Shown here: positions 54,377 through 64,000 of the stretch, one piece after another
Layout of the letters: every line of letters starts with the position of its first letter
Numbering within the stretch: position 1 is the first letter of the stretch
Origin: Ramazzottius varieornatus
Taxonomy: Eukaryota; Animalia; Tardigrada
Direction of reading: 5' to 3'
Assembly (NCBI GenBank): GCA_001949185.1
Contig: BDGG01000006.1
Coordinates: 1,718,827-1,782,826 of the forward strand
DNA length: 64,000 bases
Position numbers and translations under genes: made by a program
The notes under the pieces: generated by a model
Told to the model about the DNA's origin: nothing
The model's input: only the letters and a program-made list of their open reading frames with translations
Database searches by the model: none

Positions 54377-57300
54377 ATGTCAGCCACGGTTGTTGATCCC
54401 AGCTTTTATTACCAGCATATGCGCCAGGAAATGCCCGTAAGTACCTCACAATACACTGAGCCAACTACACCCTCCCGCCCCCTCTTTGCAAATTTTCCTG
54501 AAAAGTCTTTCTTTCGCAACGCTTTCTACTTCATCACACTACTTAAATCACGGTTCAAATGTTTTGGTTTGTCAGAAAAATCGAAATCCCCGAAAAACTG
54601 AAACTTTTGACTGATGGGAAGATTTCGAACATGGTTTACTGTGTAACAACAAAGTCTCGCTGAGCTTTCAAAATGACAGAATTGTGGAAAATGACTCTGA
54701 GCGATGGGGAAAAGGGAATGTTCGCGGACGTGGATTGAGGTTTTGGTTGTTGTGGTTTCAGGTTAGCGGCAACGCGGCGCCGCCGTACCGGGAAGGAGGG
54801 ACAGCGGCAAGTGGTGGGTACGCGCGCAGTAGTCCGCGAGTAGCTCCTCGGCAATTAGGGCCAGTTGTTCGTGCGGTTTACGACGATAGGTCGTTAAGTG
54901 GCGGCACTAATGCTGGGCCTGCTGCTCTGCCACCAAGCAAAAGCCAGCACGTCAAGTACGCTGACGCGGAAATTATCGCCAATCCACTGGCCAAACGGGC
55001 TTATTACCGCTCCGTCAGCAGCCTGGACATTTCACTGGAGGAAGACGACACGCCGCGACCGACCTTGTTGAAGGAATATAGCGGAAGTGCTTCCTCCATC
55101 GACCTTGGCAAAACTGGTATGCTTGGACATAACTCACAGAAGTTAATTAGACAATTTAGCTGCCAAAAAACCAGTTTCAAGTACCCCAGTAAAAACCGTG
55201 GCTATGCGGACTTGTATGTGATTGGAACTGGACCTTGGTTTCTGTTTACAATGGTTCAATGCTTTTGTTTTGACTCTACAGTTGGGGGAAATATCCGCGC
55301 AATACTCGAGCAACTTCGACATGGCAAAACTGTCAACGGCAGTGCAAACTCGCTGTCGTCTTTGCCCAACTCGGACGGAAGTGGTGGATCGGGAAGCGGC
55401 AGCGGCTTCTTGTGCAATGCCCGCTCGAAGAAAAGCAAGGTAAAAATCCTTATCGTGTCACTTGCAGACAAAAATCATCGCAGAAAGAGGTCGATAGAGG
55501 GGGAAGAGGCGAGAGGCGAAATTTACTGATAGTGGGCTTGATGATTACAACAAAAACCTGAGACATGATACGGATTTCGAAGTCGATTGGTTTTGTAGGT
55601 ACCCAAGAAGAGTTCGTTGCGCTCTCGGTCTTCCATTTTCCGCAAGATGCGTGGTGGAAGTCAGAATGATATGGAGATCCCCGGGGTGGACGTGGACTCA
55701 CTGTCAGCCGCGTCGACCACGCAGTCAGCAGCCAGTGACGCTGAACGGATTCGCCGCAAGATCTTTGCTCACTTTGACTCGCAGAGCCTGCTAACCAAAC
55801 TGGTGCCTCCGAAAGATGTCCACGCACAAGGCCTCCGGAGGAACACGACCACCGGTGCGTCCGCCGCCAACTTCACCACCCGCATCGTCCTACCTTCGCA
55901 GAGCGATGGTAGCGCCGATTCGGGGATGGCTGAAGATATCGACCAAGGTAAACCCTCCACAGCGCATTTGTCCAAAAATAAAAAGACACTTTCCACTCAA
56001 AGTCAGAAGAAAATTATCGGTCAAACGCTGCTCCAAAAAAATAATTCCACGCTTGCTTGTCTCGAACGTCGAAAGAAATTCAAGCACGGCAAGAAACTTG
56101 AGCGGCTCTGTTGAGAATTAATATATGGAAAACCGTAGAAAAGTTTGCAGATATGTAGTGTGGACTGAAGCAATGTACACGTACGAATAACCGAAAACAT
56201 GAAGTCCGAAGAATGAAACTGAGACGGTCTGCGAGCGCGCATATTTGACCTGACTTTTTTTCAGGTGACGGAAAGTCCAACCAGCTGTTGCTCAATTGCC
56301 CCTACTTTCGCAACGAGATTCACCCCGAAGACTGCTCACCCTCCGTCTCGCCGTCTGCCTTCTCCGGTGTCATGATGCGTCGGCCTGCTCGACAGCGACC
56401 TTTGCCTTCAGCCTTCCGTCCCCACTACGGCTCGTTAGTCTTGGAGGAAGAAGAGCCCGTGGGTGGACAAAGACCCCTCCGATGTGCACACCAGATGCAG
56501 CCCAGGTTCGAGCATCTGGACCACGGCGCACTGTACTACCGGAAGTACTTCCATGAACAAGCGCACAGTAACTACTTTGGGGTGGACGAAAAGTTCGGCC
56601 CGGTGGCTGTCAGTATCAAGAAGGAGAAAACCGGCGACCAGAACCATAAAGTCATGTACCGGCTAATCGTCCGAACCACCGAGGTAAATTCTCTTTTAAT
56701 TTGTCATCCACCTGCATACAGGATGTGATACACTTCTTGTAGCTCGCAAGTATGCAGGAGGATGAAAGCACGGCGAAAGCGTCGATAACATCACGCACAC
56801 TCACATCAGACACCTGCATACAAAAGCTGCCGAGGTGTCACGGTACGTTTGTATGCAGGTGTGTAAAATCACGGTGAAGTGCCGGTAACACCGATGAAAT
56901 CGCGTCGAACACCTGCATGTCATAGTGTAGTGGCGGACGTACGTTGTTATTTATGCAGGTGGATGAAAGGACGGTATATATTACGGAGTTATCTAATGTT
57001 TGTTGTGTTTGTGTAGCTTTCGGTTCTTCGTGGTGGGATATTGGAAGATAGTCTTCCACGCCTGAACAAGGAAGCCGTGAAGCCAAAAGACCTTCTCGAC
57101 TGCGTGGTGCCGGAGCTTCAAACCTCTTGTTTACGTCTCGGGAGTGCCGGCGTGAAGACGGAGGACATACTCCTGAAACTGGACGAACAAGCGGTAAGGT
57201 TTCTTTGACACTCGATCGTTATCGTTATGCCGCCTATAATGTTTATTGAGACAACTCCGTGTCATAAAGAGTCATGGGCGGTGAAGGTCGCTTGTGATAA

Positions 57301-60300
57301 TGGTTAGCAATAGTAAACATCAAATATTGCTGTTTGACAAAGCAACGTTGAAGGTGTCGCTTTACGACCGGTGTGTCCCTTTTTGTAGGTGCCGAAAAAG
57401 TACAAAGTGGGAGTCATGTACTGCAAAGCTGGCCAGTGCACGGAAGAGGAGATGTATAACAACGGTAAATTCTCATTAATAATCATCAGAAAACCGAAAT
57501 CAAGATCGATGAAAATTTATGGTTGGAATTTTCTCATAGAAACTTCAAGTCCAGCCTTCGATGAGTTCCTGGATCTACTCGGACAGCGAGTCCGACTCAA
57601 AGGCTTTGAAAAATACCGGGCACAGCTGGACAATAAATGTAAGAGTTCTGAAGCAGTTTGGCTATCTTATCGATCGAGCGAGAAACGAACTCCGTTCAAA
57701 CAATGTTTCCCCTGTAGCTGATTCGACTGGGCTTTACTCCCTGTACACGACCTTCCACGAGTACGAGATCATGTTCCACGTCTCGACCATGCTGCCTTTT
57801 ACACCCAGCAATAAGCAACAGGTGACATACAGCAAACCGTTGACTTGACTTTCCTCAGGTTAAATGATTTGATGTTTCCAACAGCTTCTAAGAAAGCGCC
57901 ATATCGGCAACGATATCGTGACGATCGTATTCCAAGAGCCCGGTGCCTTGCCCTTCTCGCCAAAGACTATCCGATCTCACTTTCAACACGTCTTCATCGT
58001 CGTCCAAGTACAGTTTCCCAACACCGACCGCACTCAGTACCTGTATGTCCTCCCACTCTTTCCATCACGAAACCCATTCAGCGCTAAACTGCGTCTGTCT
58101 TTCAGAGTATCCATTTCACGGTCCAAAGATGTGCCACCCTTCGGGCCTCCCTTGCCGGAAAGCGCTACCTTCAGCCGGAGTACCGACTTTGTCGACTTCA
58201 TCCTCACCAAAGGTAATTTCAGACGTCGCGGTTCCCGACAAATTACGATGAACATTACAAAATAACTGAGTTGGGGCATCGGTAAACAAATTTAAACAGA
58301 TCGTGCTCCCAAGGCGCACGCGTTCAGCCAGTAGCAATAGAAAAGTGCGCCACTTGGAAAGTTAAAGATTGCTTGGCCAAGTGGCGCACTTTCTCAGTCA
58401 ATAACAATGAAACTGTGCGCCACTTGACATGATGATCTGGATGAAGCCGTTTGCCGACATCCGAAGTAACAGAATTAAAAAGTGGTTGATGGTGATTTTG
58501 CTTGTAGTGATTAACGCGGAGAATGCAGCGCACAAGTCCGAGAAGTTCGCCGCACTTGCGACCCGCACACGTCTCGAGTACCTGAAAGACCTGGCCGCGA
58601 ACTATGTGACGCACACCAGCATCGAATCCAGCTTTGGAAAGCTAACGATGTTTTCGTTGTCGACTAAAAAGCGAGACAAGCCTCTGCTGTCGTACCCGTG
58701 CGATGGCTCGATCAAGGGTGCACTGTCGTGGAGCGTCCAAGCCAAAGCTGTCGATATGCCGTTACCGCTCGACGGTCGCATGCTCCTGGGTATTTCGACG
58801 AGCTTTGTAGTGCTGGTGGACCCCTCGACCGGTGCGGTGGTGAAGTTCCTGCCGAACAGCAACATCATGGGGTGGAAAAGCCAAGAAGAAAGGTAACAGT
58901 ATATAGGAGGCCAGGAAACGAAACGTACAAGATAGTTAACCTATGTGGCGCATTCCTTCGGTGTTATTAGCTGAAACCATGCGGCACTTGATATAAACAG
59001 TTTTGTACGTCTCCTTTGCCGGCCTCCCGTTTTCCGACGAAAAATCGAACGACAGAACATTACTTTCCTTGCAGCTTGTCGTTGTATTATCACGTGGGAG
59101 AATCTATCCAAATGATCTGTGGTACTGCCGATGACTGGAAAGAAATCATGCAGCGACTCAAAGCAGTCACAAGTGGAATCGGGGTAACGATAACGAAATA
59201 TGAATTATTTTCTACAATAAATTCAAAACACAAATTACTGGAAAATCACATTTTAAATATTAATATGAAATTCGTGTATTGTTTCAGGTTGTGGACTTGA
59301 CATTGACAAGGAACATTCGCGGTCACCTCGGTTTCCACACCCAATTTAACGGCTTGATTACGGATGTGGACACACAGAGTATCGCTTACAAAGCGGGCTT
59401 ACGAAGAGGCTCATGTCTCCTTGAGGTAAGTGTAACCCCTTCCTTCCCCTTCAAGTCACATCTTGAGACTGACTTACGAGACTCCTCAGTCCAATCATAC
59501 TTATGCATCATCTTGTTTGTCAACATCAGGTTTGTGGTCAGAGTGTCAGTATGATGGACCATGAGACCCTGGCCGATCTCTTACGACGAGCCAACCCCGT
59601 GACCGTGACATTGCTGCCGCCACTTGACAATGGCCTCCCTAGACGGTATGTGTATCGACTTTCATATCTTGAAGTTGGCTTCTGGCTGATTAGTCTGCCT
59701 TGCTGTGATTGACAGAGGGTGCAATCGACCGCTGTGTATCAGAGCGCCTGAACACGCAATCACCAGCACCAACTACGACAACTTGTCCGACTCTATGGAG
59801 AGTGTCCCGCAGGCCGTGTACGTCCAACCGGTGGCCAGTCGATCATCCTCGTCCATGGTGGACGGTCACGTGGCATTCTTCATCAAGTAAGTCTCCCAAA
59901 ATTTGCCATTGTTCCACCACTGTTCGGCCCAACGGAAAAAGGGCAGCTCGACTGACAAACTTGACAGATCGTTTCATCAAGTGGCGCAGTTTTTCATAAC
60001 TGTTGGCTGACAGCGTGCGCCACTTGAGTAATCGATGTTGTCGAGTTTGATTGTTTTGCTAAGTGGCGCACGTAGTCGGTGGTATTGGCTGGATACTTGC
60101 GCCACATGGGAAGACGATCTGGGCGAGTTCGTCGGCCGAGCTCGCAAAGTAATTTCTCAGAAAGACATGAAAATCGAAAATGTATCAGATACAATGAAGT
60201 AATTTATCGAAATTGAATAAGAAGATATCTACTTGTTCTCAACGTTCTTTGTTCTATCCAGGTCCGATAGTTCGCAGCAGAACGCGAAGGTTCTGCCATC

Positions 60301-61803
60301 GTCCCAGGTGTCCACCAGTCCTCCCCGCAGTGACTTTGCGCCGACACTGGACTACCTGGAAGCCGAGTCACGTTGGTGGGCCAACCAAATGACGGAAGAA
60401 ACGAACCGTCTCAACCGGCTCATCCCCCAAACATCGCCCGTCTCCTCGACGTCCCCACTGCCTTTATCCGTTTCACCGCAGACTGCCCGCTCCCTCCCCG
60501 TCCCTTCCGCCAACTACGCTACCATCAGCCAGACAGTAGATCTGCGACCGACCAAGCCTTTTGAGAGGAAGTTGTCGCCCAACTCGGCCTTCCCGCTCTT
60601 CGACTCGGGGACAGATACCATGTCGAGCACGACCAGTAAGTCCAGCTCGCGGTCGCAGAGAGGAACAGGTGGAACCACGAGAACGCATTTGAGACACCAT
60701 AAGACGGACCCGGGGTTCGGACCCCCACCGCAAATGTCGGCGGGCGGAAGTGGTACAACTGCCGTGAGGAATAGTCCGACCAAGAGTTCCTTGAAGAAGA
60801 CGCAAGAGAGACAGAATGGAAGCTTGCAGGAGGAACTGCTCAAGTTAATCAACCCGGACTTGATCGACCGAGACAGCCGGGTGAGAAATACGGTCACCGC
60901 TCGGAAATCCGGTTAAAAGTGACTGATGACGACGTGTTGTGCTTTTTTAGGCTGCTGGTTTGTCGGTCGAGAATATCAGAAGAGGTAGCGAAGGTCCGTC
61001 TCGTACCGGAAACTCGTCTCATGGACCGGTATTACCGGGAGCTGCGCAGCCTGCTACCATGTCAAAGTAAGTCTGTGGTTTTTTTGTATATATATTTGAG
61101 ACTGTTTTTCTGTCGTTTAAGCGTTTCATTACGTTTAGAAATGTTTCAAGTTGTGAGGGATCTTTTGTAGGTCGTTGGAAGCGTTGACTGCGCTTCGGTC
61201 GGAAATCGCCGAGGACCCATTAGCGTGGAATACTTTGGTCCACAAGGCGGAGCGAGCAGCCAGAGATGTCAATGGTGAGACAGGCTTTCTGCTTTTCAGC
61301 AGTAATTGTGTCTAGCTATTTTGAGACTTGTGCCAACGCTATTGGGACCTTGTAGACGTGGCATACGCACCGGTGAGCTCGGATGAATCCTCGACATCGC
61401 CTGATGGTCCTTATGGGCTTCGACGATCTTCGCCACCGCCTGTGCGACCGCGAAGTTCCTCTCGAAGGTACGTCAAGCCTAGAAAATTACTCGCTGGATA
61501 CATAGCTTTGGAAGTCACTGGTCTCTGTTTAGGCACCATTCACGGCCTGTCAGTGGCGAGTTCCAGCCCGATCGGTTCGTTTCGGCCGAACGAATTCAAG
61601 AATTAGAGGACCGCATTACCCGACTGATTTATGATCTCAATCGAGTAAGTGATAGTTCCAACTTCTTGTAGGCGAAGGCACAGCTCTCTGATTTTGGACC
61701 TGATGAACGTTTTGTTTGGCCGCAGGAAAGAGAAGATAGAATGGCACTGGAGACGCAAGTACGGCAGCTAACTTTCAGTCGGCATCGTGGCCATGAGAAC
61801 TGA
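54377..61803 (+). CDS. SIPA1L: SIPA1-like Rap GTPase-activating protein with PDZ and C-terminal coiled coil, multi-exon
   Basis: [110 protein letters not shown]...GLRRGS. The start codon and terminal exons are less certain than the core. Confidence 0.9.
56704..56966. repeat. Fixed-spacer palindrome family B, 3 units (SIPA1L intron)
   Basis: CACCTGCAT(A/G) at 56709, 56811 and 56910, each paired with TATGCAGG(T/A)G after 32, 31 and 32 nt. Confidence 0.85.
58308..58426. repeat. Palindrome family A, 2 units (SIPA1L intron)
   Basis: Both spacers 27 nt. Confidence 0.9.
58942..58990. repeat. Palindrome family A, 1 unit (SIPA1L intron)
   Basis: TATGTGGCGCA-N27-TGCGGCACTTG. Confidence 0.85.
59978..60108. 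repeat. Palindrome family A, 2 units (SIPA1L intron)
   Basis: Both spacers 27 nt. Confidence 0.9.
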
Positions 61804-62714
61804 AGGACTGGCACATCGCTTTGAACTTTTTACCTTCGCGTGAATGGAGCTAACTTTTTGGTTTTAAAGTTTCTCATACCTGGATTTCGAGGCTCGCAAT
61901 TTGGCATCTTTGCATGTTTACTCTGTATTTTTGTTTTATGTGCCTTTTTTGCTCTGATGAAGAGTTTCTAGTTTCATCGTTTTATGCAGAGTTCTTTGAT
62001 ACTGGTATAGTTCAGACTGTGTTATAGTATTGGAGCTTGACAGAAAGGTTCCCGTGAACAGGGATGGTTACGTGGAAGCCTGACAGAAGCGATCAACCAC
62101 GATAAACGAAACGATAAACAAGAGATATCTTCACACTGGCTTCCGGGAAGGTTTCGAGTTCTCAGTCGAAGAACGGAAGACGTCACTTGCTGTCTGCGTC
62201 GCTCCTATCATGCGATGGCTCTACCACGACTCACATCCCTTCGTACTTCCTGCCATCGCTATTGAATTCACTTCTCTCGTGGACCTGCACAAGTTTAACA
62301 GGAGCTAAACAGCCGTCACGGACAAATAACTTTTGTACGTAGATACAACTGATGAAAACAATACTGATCGGAATGATCAGAAAACTGTCAATCCACCTGC
62401 CCACCATAAAGAACGGCTGACGAAGAAACTAGAGCTAACTTGGGTGAAGGCAGCGGGAAATTCAGCACGATGAAACAGAAGCAAGAAGCCTGTGCTGTAC
62501 ACTACAGCATCCAGAGAACTGAATTTCAGCTTTGGCATTTAGAACTATAGGAACTTCAAAACTATGATGTCATCGCTAGCTATATTTTCGTAACAGGAAA
62601 AGAAAACAACAGCTAAACTGTACAGCTGTCCACAACATCAACCATTGAAGTCTTTGGTCGATGCGAAGCCAAAAAGAAGAGACATCTTGGCTGGACATCG
62701 GAGAAGGTACCACT

Positions 62715-63848
62715 TTATCGCTTGTAATTGAAGCGACCGTCGATTCGAATTCTGCAACACAAAACTGTCAGAAACAACTCGCATGTATCCCTCTTCGCTG
62801 AGAAGTCGACTAAAATATACAGAAGAGACACCAAGCAGACAATAAAATGTAGAGGAAACTAACTTCATCACAAGGGATATATCTCTAGGCATGATGGTCA
62901 CTCGACGTCCGTGGAGAGCTGCCAAGTTCACATCCTCGAACATACTGATGAGAAAGTACTCTGCAGCTTCCTGCAAAACAAGAAAAACAGCGATTGTTAA
63001 CCGTTCGATAAGATGTATCCATCCGCTGCAAGTGCGACACCTTTGTCTGACGCCAACGCAAGACGAAGAAACCAGGCAGTCAGTCCTTCAGCTAATACAT
63101 GCTGAACCTTCGAGTGATTGTTGATTAGGCACTGCGACACTCAAGTCAGGTCGCGCACTGATAAGTGTCATGACCAGAGAGCAACGCGCGACTGCATGTG
63201 GGCAATTAGAAATCAGTGCGCCACTTGACTTGAGTACATCACTGATGAATTGTTCTGCGGCGGAGAAATTAAAGGTACCTGCAAAGCTTGCAGAGCGGTA
63301 GCTTGGAAGCGATACTCTTTGGTCCTGTCCACGTTCTTGGTGATCTCACGGACGAGACGTTGGAATGAAGTCTTGGGAATCAACTGCTCGACGCTGTTCT
63401 GATATCTGCGGATCTCCTTCAACGCCAAGATTCCAGGCTTGGATCGGCGCTTGGACTTTTCCTTCTTCAGTTGTGACGAACGCAGATCGACGTGCTTGCG
63501 GGCGATGGGCAGCTGGCGCTTGCTGGGTGTCCCAGGCTGAGGACGTGACTGAGAAACTTCTTGACGAACCATGCGCGTCATCTTGCGCGCCACTTGCTTG
63601 CGTGCGGGAGGTGATGTGGGTGAGCCACCTTGGCCCGATCCCGTGCCTGATGGGCTGTCGCGAGCCGGAGAGCCTTCTGGCAGTCCAGAACTCGGTGCAG
63701 AGTTGGTTGGACGACCTTCCGAGTTGGTGGCGTACTCGTCCTCATTATCGGCGACCAGCTCACGGGAAGACAGTGTGCGGACGGGGCGAGAGACTGACTT
63801 GGTAGCGCGGTTGTCGTTTCGCACTCCCGCTTGCTTAGTTCGAGGCAT
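62715..63848 (-). CDS. Divergent histone H3 variant with long N-terminal tail, probable CENP-A/cenH3 (3 exons)
   Basis: Histone fold KPGILALKEIRRYQNSVEQLIPKTSFQRLVREIT..YRFQATALQALQ / EAAEYFLISMFEDVNLAALHGRRVTIMPRDISLVMK / IRIDGRFNYKR*. About 135-aa S/P/R-rich tail, lengthened loop 1, intron-containing. Confidence 0.8.
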
Positions 63849-64000
63849 TTTCTCGACTTTCCTTCACCTGCAAAATTTCAAAAACATCATAAATCGGTCC
63901 TTTGGAGTCTACTCTGTCACAGCACACAAAAATAGAAGTCATCAGCTCGAAAGATGAGATCAAAATTCCAAGAAAAGATAGGCAATTTCGATGGAAATTC

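Noticed and set aside
2796-60108. Palindrome family A as a CRISPR-like array
   Set aside because: The arms alternate in orientation, clusters hold only 1-3 units, the spacers are homologous to each other, there are no cas genes and the context is eukaryotic introns.
63583-63597. Family A arm inside the H3-variant coding sequence
   Set aside because: Explained by the codons for KQVAR; there is no partner arm at the expected distance.

Overview
Compact, intron-rich animal genomic DNA (most introns are about 55-110 nt, GT-AG). The gene style suggests a small-genome invertebrate, possibly a tardigrade, but that is inference only. Eight host genes are recognisable: an allatostatin-C/somatostatin-type GPCR, a secreted-type neprilysin (M13), casein kinase 1 delta/epsilon, RPL34, ARPC1, SCYL1, a SIPA1L-type RapGAP/PDZ protein and a long-tailed CENP-A-like histone H3 variant. 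There is also a RING-finger pseudogene. Transposons are abundant: hAT-type non-autonomous elements with 8-bp TSDs, TA-flanked MITEs, a foldback element, a decayed Harbinger/Pangu-type element and a CRE-like REL retrotransposon fragment, several of them nested. The most striking unexplained signal is a dispersed palindromic unit, CAAGTGGCGCA-N27-TGCGCCACTTG. I counted 23 units in 13 clusters, 18 with an exactly 27-nt spacer despite heavy spacer divergence, and 11 clusters lie inside introns. A second, unrelated family with the same architecture (CACCTGCATA-N31/32-TATGCAGGTG) sits in another intron. All coordinates were counted by hand and may be off by a few bases.
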